Positions 44,635-53,542 of a DNA stretch of 64,000 nt are shown piece by piece. The stretch comes from an uncultured Bacteriovoracaceae bacterium (GTDB lineage Bacteria > Bdellovibrionota > UBA1018). Every line of letters starts with the position of its first letter. Position 1 is the stretch's first letter. Below the pieces are notes generated by a model. That model did not search any database. It saw only the letters and a list, made by a program, of their open reading frames with translations, and had not been told where the DNA came from. The translations under genes and the position numbers were made by a program. The DNA lies in assembly GCA_964364175.1 (NCBI GenBank), contig CAYILR010000008.1, positions 32,001-96,000 on the forward strand, given 5' to 3'.

Positions 44635-46008
44635 CAGCAGACTATCAGGTAGTAGATACAAGAACGTATCGAAGTCGTCTTCATCCATCGAGCGTTCGAT
44701 GCTTTTGAGGAGCTTCGCGGCTTTCTCGACGCCACCCTTCTCCAGGGCGTTCGCCAACAGCCTCAGGTTCACTCCAGCCAGGTCGTTGCCTTTCACGCGG
44801 GCAAGCCCACGCAGCGTCTTGATGTCGTTCTCGATCGACTCAGGCTCGTCTGGCATCCGGTCCAGAGAGTCGATGCTTGGCATCCCGTGACGAGGCCATG
44901 TGGCCTCCACCTTCATCAGCGCAGCGTGCAGACGGCGTACAGCCGCTTCCACTACGTCCTCCTCAGCAGCCATCGGGAGGTCGTTACCGAAATCAACAGC
45001 AGCCGGGGCAGCCTTCTTCTTCGATTTTGGTGGTAGAGACTTCTTCTCTGCCGCTGGAGCTTCTGTAGAGGTTTTTGACTCTGGTGGACCCAAGAGCCAC
45101 TTGTCGTCGTCGACTGCCTTCAGATTCTTGTCGAGGACCTTGAAGTCCGCATCAATGACGTCCGACATCCCGGCCTTCTGGGCTTCACCAAGCTTCTTGC
45201 GCTCGGAGGCGATCTCGGTCTTGATGGCCGGCCCCAATTCCTTGAGGGCCTTGCCTCCGCCCTTGATGGCCCCACCAAGGAAGAACAACGTCTTCACGAA
45301 GCCCTTGAGCGCCAACTTCCCAGCCAAGCCCACGAGCTTGCCGGCCACGCTCTTGCTGGTCTGCTCGACGCCCTCGTCCTCGACCTGCTTGGTCAGGCTT
45401 TGACCCAACTCGCCACGCAGCCGATTGGCCCTGGCTACGGCCTTCCTAACGGCCTTGTCAGCCGCCAATGCCTCTTTGCGGAGCTTCAGCTTCTTTTCTT
45501 CAGCTTCGAGGGCTTCCTCCTCCTCCATCTCAGCGATTTCTTCCTCGCTGAGAGGTCCCTCCCCTTCGTCCTCCTCATCCTCCTCAGCTTCATCCTCCTC
45601 GTCCTCGTCGCGTGCCTTGGGCTTCTTCTTTTTCGGAGGTGGAGCCTCCTCCTCCTCTTCCTCCTCCTCCTCAGCTTCATCCTCCTCGACTTCTTCTTCT
45701 TCTTCGACTTCTTCTTCTTCCGCAGCACCGAACTCGTATTCCTTGCCGTGTTTTGGCTTCACCCAAAGCTGCTTGCCTTTGAGCTTCAGGGTATCCCCGT
45801 GCTTTAGTGGGATCTCCTCCCCGTGCTTCTTGTCCTCGCCCTTGAACTGGAACGTCGCGTTCCCAGCCCAACCACCTCGCTTCGTTTTGCTGCCCTTGTC
45901 GTTGACCTTGACCCAGATCTTCTCCTTGGCCGCGTGTTTCTTGCCCGCACGCTCCAGTGCCTTCTGCTCGGCAGGCGTCATCTTCTTGGCGGTCACGGAC
46001 GTCAGCAT
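44608..46008 (-). CDS. acidic/Lys-rich protein with GNATF-motif domain and poly-Glu tract (paralog of 4314-6452)
   Basis: ATG at 46008 preceded by CCAGGAG. Contains WVKVNDKGSKTKRGGWAGNATFQFKG...GDTLKLKGKQLWVKPKHGKEYEFGAAEE followed by a long Glu/Asp run. Confidence 0.6.
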   Translation of the reverse strand: MLTSVTAKKMTPAEQKALERAGKKHAAKEKIWVKVNDKGSKTKRGGWAGNATFQFKGEDKKHGEEIPLKHGDTLKLKGKQLWVKPKHGKEYEFGAAEEEEVEEEEEVEEDEAEEEEEEEEEAPPPKKKKPKARDEDEEDEAEEDEEDEGEGPLSEEEIAEMEEEEALEAEEKKLKLRKEALAADKAVRKAVARANRLRGELGQSLTKQVEDEGVEQTSKSVAGKLVGLAGKLALKGFVKTLFFLGGAIKGGGKALKELGPAIKTEIASERKKLGEAQKAGMSDVIDADFKVLDKNLKAVDDDKWLLGPPESKTSTEAPAAEKKSLPPKSKKKAAPAAVDFGNDLPMAAEEDVVEAAVRRLHAALMKVEATWPRHGMPSIDSLDRMPDEPESIENDIKTLRGLARVKGNDLAGVNLRLLANALEKGGVEKAAKLLKSIERSMDEDDFDTFLYLLPDSLLRSFDGQAR

Positions 46009-46015
46009 CGGGGCT

Positions 46016-46042
46016 CCTGGTTTGCAAGGACAACAAACCAGG
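46016..46042 (-). promoter_or_regulatory. 9-bp hairpin overlapping the Shine-Dalgarno of the downstream gene
   Basis: cctggtttg (46016-46024) and caaaccagg (46034-46042). On the mRNA the 3' arm CAAACCAGG runs into AGGAG, 6 nt before the ATG at 46008. Confidence 0.45.
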
Positions 46043-46059
46043 ATGCCAATCTCCACCTG

Positions 46060-46746
46060 CTAGGCGCGCGGGTTCTTGGCCCAAGAACCAAAGCTCTGCG
46101 GTGGTCCTTTGATACTGGCATGACCGCACTTCAGGCAAAGACAGGCTTCTGTTCCCGGCCCCAGCGCGTCGAAGGTGGAGTCGATCTGCTCACGAGAGGT
46201 CCCCAGAATCCTTGGCAGGTCTTCACGATCTCGGCTCAACACTTCCGTGCGCCCCTGACATTTTGAGCAGCGGCTCAACAACGCCTCGGCTGCTTCCTTG
46301 TGCTTGAGATGGGCTTCGTCCTCACTTTCGAGGTCCTCGTCTCCCCCGTCCTCGTCGTCATCGTCATCCAACATCTCCTCCAGCAGGAAGAGAAGTTGTT
46401 GGACAGCGTCCTGCTGGGCTGCCGGCTGTTCGCGGAGTAGAGCGACAATCTTCAAGACCAGTTTGAAGTTGGCTTCTCGCACGTTCATGTCCCTCATGGA
46501 CATGAACCCCTGGTGCTCCAGGTCTGCTGCGAACATAGCGGCCATCGCGGCCAGCGTCTCGATCTCCGAGGAGTAAAGCTCGGCTTCATGCTTGTGAAAC
46601 TCAGCTTCTGTCGGAAACTCGGCCATGATGTCGTGCCGAATGGCGCTCGCAGCCGCGTTGAGCCCCAGGAAGTAGCGGGCGATCCACTCAGGCCGAGGGA
46701 GGGGAGCTTGCGGCCCGGAGGAACTGTTTTTGGTCTTTTTGGGCAT
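46060..46746 (-). CDS. hypothetical protein with acidic tract and C-terminal Cys pairs
   Basis: I prefer the ATG at 46746 (MPKKTKNSS); the ORF is open to 46857. Contains CSKCQG...CLKCGH. Confidence 0.5.
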   Translation of the reverse strand: MPKKTKNSSSGPQAPLPRPEWIARYFLGLNAAASAIRHDIMAEFPTEAEFHKHEAELYSSEIETLAAMAAMFAADLEHQGFMSMRDMNVREANFKLVLKIVALLREQPAAQQDAVQQLLFLLEEMLDDDDDEDGGDEDLESEDEAHLKHKEAAEALLSRCSKCQGRTEVLSRDREDLPRILGTSREQIDSTFDALGPGTEACLCLKCGHASIKGPPQSFGSWAKNPRA

Positions 46747-46883
46747 GGAGAAAATCTTTCCCCGTCGCAGACGAATGTCAACCTCTTTCGGCGGCTGAGC
46801 CGCCTGCCCACAACCCAAGAGCAGCCCCTCGGGTTGACAGGAGACGGCGACCCCCATAGGGACCCTCCCACGAGGTCCAGCAC

Positions 46884-49277
46884 ATGGTCGCCAAGATCAA
46901 GTCCCGTCCCAAGCTCGACGACGACGACCACGTCTGGGAATCCAAAGTCACCCAGACGCTCGAACGCTACTACCAACACAACCACGACCACGAAACCAAG
47001 GTCATCTGCTGGACGCAGACCCAACCGGCGTTCACAGACGAACAGCCCACGATCAACCAGTACGACTACGGCCACGGCTTCTACGTCCTCCTGGCCACCC
47101 CACTCACCCTCAAGCTCAGAGATCCCACCACCAAGGTCCAACGACTAGCTCATACGATAAAAGGACTCATAGAGAACATCGATAGCCTCATCGTCCGGTT
47201 CCCACCTACCGAAGCCGGCGCCCTAGAACGAGAACACCTGGTCAACACCAACGAAGCCATCGATCTCCCGTCTGGCTCCGTTCGGTCCATCAAAGCCAGG
47301 CTCCTCAACATCAAACGACACACCAAAAAAGACATCGGCTCCAAGCTCTACCTCAGAGCTTGTAAGCGCATTATCCACGCCATCCAGTGCGGCGCACAAT
47401 ACGAGAAACACAAATTCAACCCTCACACCGGGGAGGTCACAGCGACTTTCCTCGAAACCAAGGTCTGCAAGCTCCCCTGCTGCGCCAGACCCATCTGCCA
47501 CAACCAGACGAAGTCCAGAAAAGCCAGAGCCACCAACAAGGCCATCAAGAGACTCACCGCCCTAGCCAAGGACCAGGACCTCAGGCTCGTCATGGTGACG
47601 CTCACCCAGCCCTATGCCCTCCCCACCGAGGAGCGCAGAGCGCAGCGACACGGGTACCCGCAGCTTCACCTCATCGGTAGAGGTAAGCCAATCACCAACA
47701 GGCCCACACCACCAGTACTAGCCTCAGAGCGAAACTACCTCACCAAGAACCTCGACCAACACCAACTGGCCAGGTCCAAGTTCATCGCCAACAACCAGGC
47801 GAGAGATATACTCGCCTACCAGACCCACTACGTCTCCGAGTTCGCCTTCCTCATCCCGTCCGTACCAGGACACCGGTGTTTCCCTAACCCCCACACCCAC
47901 GTTCTGTCCGCCATCCCAAACTCGGCCGACCTCCAAGAAGCACAACAACAGCTACAGAAGGTCTACCAAAAGACGACCTCTCAGCCTCTCGCGGAGGTGC
48001 TCGTCTCCCCACTGTACTCGGATGACGCTACCGACGAAGAACGAACCGCTGCGCTTGAGGACTACTTTGGTAAGACCTTCGCTGTCACTCCTGACGTGAA
48101 GGACTACCGCTTCAGGGACCTCGGCATCATGGCCTCAGACTTCGTAAACGTCGTGGACGACAGAAGCCTGGCTGAAGTCATTGACTTTTACGACTTTCAG
48201 CCCGTCAAGAAGCTCACGGCCTCGTTCAACTACACCGCCGAACAACAAGACCTCTCTTCTCGGAAGAACCGAGCCATCGAACGCTTGCATCGGCTCATGC
48301 GACCCCTCAAGAACAAGAGCAAGAGCAAGAGCGTCGAGGAGCTTGACTCGGTTCCAGGTGTCTTTGATCCCAACCCTGCGGTCATCATCATGCCGGTCGG
48401 TACGTCAGATTTGTGGCCCGCTGGCGAGGTTCTTTCTGACTCTCAGGTTCCTGGTTCTCAAGCCAGGGCAGCCGAGTCCGCTTCGGACGGGGAGGGTTGT
48501 GAGCCCGAAAATAGGGAGCGAAGCTCGTTGGAAGGACAGGGAGGAGAGGTTCGGGTTGGTTGTGAGGTGGGAGGGAGGTCCCAGGGTCCAGGCCCGGCTT
48601 CAGTTGGGGGTTTGGATGACGGCGGCAGGACCGAAACTCGCCATGTTGGCGATGTCAGCTTCGTTGCTGAGTCGCGGATGGTACCAGCGCGCGGGCTGCT
48701 GGACCAACAAGCTGGTGATGGCTGGCTGGCCAAGCGGGATCACGGGAACGACGACCGAGAACTCGTCGCCTCCTATCTCCAGGCTCACCCCAGCCAGGAT
48801 GCCGACCCAGGACTTTGGGTGGAGGAAGACGACGACGATCTCATTGCCGCCAACAAGTACATGGCTTTGGTCGAGGAGCACTTGGTCCATGACCTGCTCC
48901 GTACCTGTGAGCAGGGAGACCGAGCCCGTGAACTGAAGGGGCTGCGCGTCCTCGTTGAGCCCGATGATGACTTGGACAGCATCGACAGCATCGAGGTACT
49001 CGGCATGGATGCCGAAGGCAGCCTTGCCGGTTCCCTGGTAGCCGGGGCTGAGTGGGGGATTGGCACCGGTGGTGACGACGGAAGTGAGGCTGTTGGCGGA
49101 GAAGCTGAACAAGTCCTTGCTGTCAAAGCCACGAAGCCCGATTCCGATGTAGGAGGTCAGGACCATGTTGGCGGAGAAGGTCACCGAGAACGTGACGGCT
49201 GGGAACGTGGGCGCCCCCAAAGTCACAGCCAATGCGGTGTTGCTTGCAGCGGCATCCAAGAGCAGCGGGTCCAGTAA
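46884..49277 (+). CDS. possible HUH-type rolling-circle Rep-like protein; C-terminal third probably non-coding read-through
   Basis: RLVMVTLTQP is motif I-like (about 47587-47612), PNPHTHVLSAI is HUH-like (about 47892-47900), and EDYFGKT is YxxK-like (Tyr codon 48063-48065). C/A-rich strand bias runs from 46884 to about 48430. No in-frame stop occurs before 49277, so the ORF runs antisense into 48600-50600. Confidence 0.4.
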   Translation: MVAKIKSRPKLDDDDHVWESKVTQTLERYYQHNHDHETKVICWTQTQPAFTDEQPTINQYDYGHGFYVLLATPLTLKLRDPTTKVQRLAHTIKGLIENIDSLIVRFPPTEAGALEREHLVNTNEAIDLPSGSVRSIKARLLNIKRHTKKDIGSKLYLRACKRIIHAIQCGAQYEKHKFNPHTGEVTATFLETKVCKLPCCARPICHNQTKSRKARATNKAIKRLTALAKDQDLRLVMVTLTQPYALPTEERRAQRHGYPQLHLIGRGKPITNRPTPPVLASERNYLTKNLDQHQLARSKFIANNQARDILAYQTHYVSEFAFLIPSVPGHRCFPNPHTHVLSAIPNSADLQEAQQQLQKVYQKTTSQPLAEVLVSPLYSDDATDEERTAALEDYFGKTFAVTPDVKDYRFRDLGIMASDFVNVVDDRSLAEVIDFYDFQPVKKLTASFNYTAEQQDLSSRKNRAIERLHRLMRPLKNKSKSKSVEELDSVPGVFDPNPAVIIMPVGTSDLWPAGEVLSDSQVPGSQARAAESASDGEGCEPENRERSSLEGQGGEVRVGCEVGGRSQGPGPASVGGLDDGGRTETRHVGDVSFVAESRMVPARGLLDQQAGDGWLAKRDHGNDDRELVASYLQAHPSQDADPGLWVEEDDDDLIAANKYMALVEEHLVHDLLRTCEQGDRARELKGLRVLVEPDDDLDSIDSIEVLGMDAEGSLAGSLVAGAEWGIGTGGDDGSEAVGGEAEQVLAVKATKPDSDVGGQDHVGGEGHRERDGWERGRPQSHSQCGVACSGIQEQRVQ

Positions 49278-50600
49278 GTCTTTCGCCGGGGCACCAAGCA
49301 CCACCTCACCGTTCACCTTCACAGCGACGAATCCGTCGTAGTCGAATGTGGCGTCAAGCAACTCGAAGGTGAAGGCGACGGCTGGATTCCACGCCTTCGA
49401 GACAACCGCCAGCGTCGTGTTGCCCCGGTAGAGCTTCGCCACCGCCAAGTTGGTGCTTGTCTTTTCGATGACAACAGAAACTTGACTATTCAGTAACGTG
49501 AACGCAACAAACGGATAGACGGTCACGCTAGGGGTAAACGCGATGGCCATGGTGGTGGTGAGCCCGCGGCCCGCTCGCGCCATGGAGTCCATGCCGCCAG
49601 TAAACAGCACCTCAAAGGGAGCGCCGGCAGTCTTGTTGAGGGTCGTGGTTCCTATACCGACGGTCTCGGTTCCGGCGCCGACAGCCGATGACGCCTGGTT
49701 GAGCCAGGACGCCCCCACAGCCACGGTGCGGGGCACGGTGGCCAGACCGAAGGTCTCGGAGGCCCCGAGGGTGTGGGAGCCCTCTGGGGCCACCAGGAGC
49801 GCTGGGGAGGTGCCTTCCTCCAAGGTCGAGCCCAGCGACCCGGCGCTGAGGTTGTAGACACCGGGAAACAGAGGCCAGTGTTCCAGATCTGGGTACTTGC
49901 CAAGCGTCTGTGAGCAAGTTGCGGTCAGCTTCTCCTCAGTGATCGCCAGAGCCGTCAGCGTGGGGGCCTGGCCTTGGCCCCACGCCATCTGGCTCTCTTG
50001 CCCGGCCAAGAGAGTCACGTTGGTTGCGTTATCAACGAACACTTCGCGGTTCAAGTTGACGGCGTAGCGAGCACCAGCCGTGAAGGGAGCTTCGAGGGTG
50101 ACCCGGAGGGTGGCGCCGGATTGGGAGAGGCCGATGACGGCGGGTTGGCGGGCCAAGTCGATCGGTGAAATCTGCACAACGTCTGCATACACATCGAACT
50201 CGATGGTTGCGATGGTTGCGGAGAATACGACGTCGAACTCGGAGGGACTCACCCAGACGATGGAGGACACAATGAGATCAGCTACTGTGACCGCGAACGT
50301 CTGGGTCACGAACGCCGGGTTCATCGGCGTACCATCAGCCATCGACTGGGCTGTGCCGGCAATCGTGACCGTGTAGCCACCAGCCAACGGCGCCGGGGAG
50401 GTCAGCAGAAGCTCGAATTCCACATCCGACCGCCGGATCACGGATGTGATCGCCGGGAGCCCGCCACCAGGAGTCCAAAGTGCTGGGTTTTCAGGGTCTT
50501 CTGGGGCCGAAGTTCCGAGCTTTCGCATCGGGACATCGAACATCGCTAGGATGGATGATTGGCCTGATCCGTTTGCATAGATGAGCTTCGGTGCTGCCAT
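48600..50600 (-). CDS. large Thr/Ala/Val/Ser-rich protein, probably virion structural (fibre or baseplate-like)
   Basis: 666-codon ORF with beta-rich, low-charge composition and no enzyme motifs. Confidence 0.55.
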   Translation of the reverse strand: MAAPKLIYANGSGQSSILAMFDVPMRKLGTSAPEDPENPALWTPGGGLPAITSVIRRSDVEFELLLTSPAPLAGGYTVTIAGTAQSMADGTPMNPAFVTQTFAVTVADLIVSSIVWVSPSEFDVVFSATIATIEFDVYADVVQISPIDLARQPAVIGLSQSGATLRVTLEAPFTAGARYAVNLNREVFVDNATNVTLLAGQESQMAWGQGQAPTLTALAITEEKLTATCSQTLGKYPDLEHWPLFPGVYNLSAGSLGSTLEEGTSPALLVAPEGSHTLGASETFGLATVPRTVAVGASWLNQASSAVGAGTETVGIGTTTLNKTAGAPFEVLFTGGMDSMARAGRGLTTTMAIAFTPSVTVYPFVAFTLLNSQVSVVIEKTSTNLAVAKLYRGNTTLAVVSKAWNPAVAFTFELLDATFDYDGFVAVKVNGEVVLGAPAKDLLDPLLLDAAASNTALAVTLGAPTFPAVTFSVTFSANMVLTSYIGIGLRGFDSKDLFSFSANSLTSVVTTGANPPLSPGYQGTGKAAFGIHAEYLDAVDAVQVIIGLNEDAQPLQFTGSVSLLTGTEQVMDQVLLDQSHVLVGGNEIVVVFLHPKSWVGILAGVSLEIGGDEFSVVVPVIPLGQPAITSLLVQQPARWYHPRLSNEADIANMASFGPAAVIQTPN

Positions 50601-50714
50601 GCTTCAGAATGCTTGCCTTCTGCGATCGAGAGGAGCTAACCTCTGTTCATGGAGCCAAAGGCCAAGGGTTACCTCCAACGTAACACCCTCGACCAATCAC
50701 TTGCTCCGTTTCAT

Positions 50715-51120
50715 GGGGATGATCTGGTTTCGACACGGGAGGAAGAACGCAGAGAGCGAGCCGGGGACGTTTGCAACCTCGTCAAAAAGCGAACAAAACC
50801 AAAAAAGCCAACGACAACGTCGAGGCTGCTCCCGCTCTCATGGCGGCCTGAAAGGGTCGCTCCTGAGGAAGGAGCAAGAGACAGGGCCTCAACAGCCTGA
50901 GTCTCCGGCAGACCGCCAGAGTGCCTTCTGTAGCGGACCCTGACGAAACCACTGAAGGCTGGGCATCAAGCAGGGCCAACCTGCTCGCTTGATGAGGAGG
51001 AAAACTGGGTTGGCGCCGCCTCGGGCAGCACATCAGTCGGTGGGTATGCACCGAACACGCTCGTAGCGCTCTGTTGACGGATTCTTGTGGACGCGAGTTC
51101 GATTCTCGCCATCTCCACCA
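50715..51120 (+). ncRNA. ssrA: tmRNA (ssrA); tag reading frame ANDNVEAAPALMAA
   Basis: The 5' end GGGGATGATCTGGTTTCGACA pairs with the 3' end GGACGCGAGTTCGATTCTCGCCATCTCCACCA (acceptor stem with a G3-U70 wobble, T-arm, CCA). The resume codon GCC is at 50807 and the frame gcc aac gac aac gtc gag gct gct ccc gct ctc atg gcg gcc tga ends at 50851. Confidence 0.9.
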
Positions 51121-51188
51121 ACGAGTTTGCAGCTTCTCTCAAAAGCTGATGGTGGAGGCGCCACGGCACCGTGGTTAGCCCTAGTGGC

Positions 51189-51224
51189 GCGGGAGGCTGA
51201 AGCCTCCCGCGTTGCTTTTTTTTT
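51189..51224 (+). terminator. intrinsic terminator after the tmRNA
   Basis: gcgggaggc tgaa gcctcccgc, followed by a run of nine T. Confidence 0.8.
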
Positions 51225-51240
51225 GCGACTCTCAAAAAGC

Positions 51241-51813
51241 CTAGTCCAAACGACCTTGGCTTTTGAGCCAGCGGGCGGTCTGCGCCCTGTTGTGCAGGTC
51301 GGTGACGGCGTACTTTCCCAGATGTTGAAGTACGATCTTCTGCAAAAGCTTGGTGTTCAGTTTCACGCTCGACAAGAGGAAGTCGAGATCCGCCAAATCT
51401 TTCGGACGCGCAGCGACCATTTTCATCGCAACCAAGAACTCGGGCGTGACCACCGGGATATCAAAACCGGTGACCTTCTTTGCAGAGTCAATAGCCGCGT
51501 CATACAAGTCGCGGTACTCGTCTCCTCGGTCAATGAAGTCAAACGGTACACCGGCTATCTCGACCGAACGACCACCGACATTGAGGCGGGCGCCCTTCTT
51601 TGCGAAGGAAGGAACCTGAGACACCATGAGGTCGACATCTTTGGTGAGACGCGAGCTTCCGTAAGCTTGCATGGCAAAGCCGCCACCTAGGGCAAACTGA
51701 ACTCGTGGATGCTCAGCTTTGAGCCTTGTAACCACGTCCGCCAACGCTTCCTTCACCTCCGTGAAGGACAACGGAGGACGAGGCGGGCCAGAAGACCGGA
51801 CTTTAGCAGCCAT
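51241..51813 (-). CDS. minimal nucleotidyltransferase-fold protein (AbiEii/MNT-like, tentative)
   Basis: GGGFAMQAYGSSRLTKDVDLMV fits GGxAxxxxGxxRxTxDxDL, and VVTPEFLVAMKMVAARPKDLADLDFLL follows. Confidence 0.5.
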   Translation of the reverse strand: MAAKVRSSGPPRPPLSFTEVKEALADVVTRLKAEHPRVQFALGGGFAMQAYGSSRLTKDVDLMVSQVPSFAKKGARLNVGGRSVEIAGVPFDFIDRGDEYRDLYDAAIDSAKKVTGFDIPVVTPEFLVAMKMVAARPKDLADLDFLLSSVKLNTKLLQKIVLQHLGKYAVTDLHNRAQTARWLKSQGRLD

Positions 51814-51819
51814 ACAGCC

Positions 51820-51847
51820 AGGATAAGCCGGTTATTAGGAAAGTCAA
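51820..51847 (-). promoter_or_regulatory. sigma-70-type promoter (TTGACT, 16-nt spacer, TATCCT); leaderless start predicted
   Basis: The minus strand reads GCGTTGACTTTCCTAATAACCGGCTTATCCTGGCTGTATG. Only 6 nt separate the -10 from the ATG at 51813. Confidence 0.5.
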
Positions 51848-51918
51848 CGCCACCTGTGTTGTGACGTTCGTCGCTTTGTCCTACATTGGCAACAAGTAAC
51901 TAGATCCAGCCACTTACG

Positions 51919-51965
51919 CCTGATCTGCCAAGACAACTTGACGTTTTCAACCGAGGGACTATGAT
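51919..51965 (+). promoter_or_regulatory. sigma-70-type promoter with upstream CCTGATCTG element
   Basis: CCTGATCTGCCAAGACAACTTGACGTTTTCAACCGAGGGACTATGAT, with AAGGAG and a GTG start following at 51989. Confidence 0.6.
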
Positions 51966-51988
51966 AGAGAGGCACCAAGGAGTCCAAC

Positions 51989-52927
51989 GTGGCCATCAAG
52001 AAGAAGACCTTTTCGGCGGCGGACCGGGCGGCGTACATCGAGTCGAAGAAGAACGAGGTCAAGGGTCTCCTCGACACGCTCACCGACAACGTCAAGGCGC
52101 TCACGTCCAGCGACGACTGGAAGAAGTACCTCAAGTTCCAGACCTTCTTCCGCCGCTACAGCTTCAACAACGTCCTTCTCATCACGATCCAGTGCCCGAA
52201 CGCCACGGCGGTCGCCGGATACCGCACCTGGCAGAAGGCCGGGCGCCAGGTGAAGAAGGGCGCCAAGAGCATCAAGATCTTGGCCCCCATCGTCCGCAAG
52301 TTCAACGTCAAGGCTGAGAACGACCAGGGCCAGATGGAGGAGACCGAGAAGAAGAGCCTCTACTTCCGCGCTGTGCCGGTGTTCGACGTGAGCCAGACCG
52401 AAGGTGAGCCACTCCCGACGGCGCAGCGCTGCACGCTCCTGAGCGGCAACGAGGCCGAGGCGACCGAGGCGTTCGACACGCTCTTGAGCTTCGCCTCCGA
52501 CCTCGGCTACAAGGTCGAAGACGAGGCGCTGGCCGAGGGGTTCAACGGCTACGTGGACTTCAACGCGAAGCGCATCGTCCTTCGCGCCTCGAACCCCAAG
52601 CTCCAGAAGGCCAAGACCTTGGCCCACGAGATCGCCCACGCGCTCCTACACAGCACCCCCGAGCTTCGCAAGGACATTGCCCATGACTCGTCGGACCACC
52701 GCGAGGTCGAGGCTGAGTCGGTGGCCTTCTGCGTGATGAACGCCTTTGGCCTCGACTCCGGCAGCTACAGTTTTGGGTATGTCGCAACCTGGGCTGGCGG
52801 CGACGCGAAGAAGATCCAGCAGTCGGCGTCGCGTATCCAGAAGGCCGTGTGCCAGATCTTGGACGCGGTCCTGCCCGAGAACAGCCAGGACGAGAGCGAC
52901 GAAGACAGCGCCGCCGAAGCGGCATGA
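51989..52927 (+). CDS. ArdC-like protein (N-terminal ssDNA-binding domain plus HExxH zincin domain)
   Basis: LKFQTFFRRYSFNNVLLITIQCPNATAVAGYRTWQKAGRQVKKGAKSIKILAPI matches the ArdC N-terminal pattern, and HEIAHALLH lies in the C-terminal half. Confidence 0.65.
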   Translation: MAIKKKTFSAADRAAYIESKKNEVKGLLDTLTDNVKALTSSDDWKKYLKFQTFFRRYSFNNVLLITIQCPNATAVAGYRTWQKAGRQVKKGAKSIKILAPIVRKFNVKAENDQGQMEETEKKSLYFRAVPVFDVSQTEGEPLPTAQRCTLLSGNEAEATEAFDTLLSFASDLGYKVEDEALAEGFNGYVDFNAKRIVLRASNPKLQKAKTLAHEIAHALLHSTPELRKDIAHDSSDHREVEAESVAFCVMNAFGLDSGSYSFGYVATWAGGDAKKIQQSASRIQKAVCQILDAVLPENSQDESDEDSAAEAA

Positions 52928-52966
52928 GCACTTGAGGACCAAAGCGACATCAACTAGGAGGATTTC

Positions 52967-53527
52967 ATGACGATGAAGAAAGAGCGGATCAACCACTACG
53001 AGTTCGTTGCCGACGTGCGCAAGCGCCTCGAAGTCGGGCTCGCCAAGTACGGCAGCGCGCTGCACATCAGTGGCAACATGGGCGCCGGCAGCATCTTCGC
53101 CGAGATCGAGCCGACCTTCGGGCTCGCCGTGAAGCTGGCCGTCGATGCGGACCTGCTGCGCGACCCCGAGGGTGGCGCCGTCAAGACGACCGTCACCTGC
53201 TCGTGCTCACACCAGACGCCGGGCTTTGCGCTGCTCATGGCGTCGATGATGCAGGATGCGGCCAACCTCGCGCTCCTCATCGAGGCGGCCTACGACAGTA
53301 AGCTCGTTTTCTTCGAGGCGAAGTGCATCGTCGAGTTGACGGCCGTCGGCGACAAGAAGATCGAAGTCATCAAGCTCGTTCGCGCGATCACCGGACTGCC
53401 GCTCAAGGAGGCCAAGGACTTCGTCGACGCTGCGCCCAAGAACGTCGGCGAAGCGCTGCCCAGGATCGAAGCCGAAGCCTTCAAGGCGAGGCTCGAAGCC
53501 CAAGGCGCCATCGTCACCCTCAAGTGA
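52967..53527 (+). CDS. protein with a C-terminal ribosomal bL12 (L7/L12) C-terminal-domain homolog
   Basis: [65 protein letters not shown] aligns with the E. coli bL12 CTD ([27 protein letters not shown]...AEALKKALEEAGAEVEVK). The N-terminal 110 aa or so are unrelated. Confidence 0.7.
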   Translation: MTMKKERINHYEFVADVRKRLEVGLAKYGSALHISGNMGAGSIFAEIEPTFGLAVKLAVDADLLRDPEGGAVKTTVTCSCSHQTPGFALLMASMMQDAANLALLIEAAYDSKLVFFEAKCIVELTAVGDKKIEVIKLVRAITGLPLKEAKDFVDAAPKNVGEALPRIEAEAFKARLEAQGAIVTLK

Positions 53528-53542
53528 GAGGCAGCCTGAACG

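Noticed and set aside
45540-45730. Repetitive cctcctc/cttcttc tract as a possible CRISPR or satellite repeat
   Set aside because: It is the antisense of an in-frame Glu/Asp-rich coding run in 44608-46008, with no spacer-repeat periodicity. I saw no CRISPR-like array anywhere in the window.
50715-51230. tmRNA as a prophage attachment site with host DNA on one side
   Set aside because: Phage-type genes lie on both sides. No integrase is nearby and I found no duplicated copy of the ssrA 3' end. This cannot be fully excluded without the whole contig.
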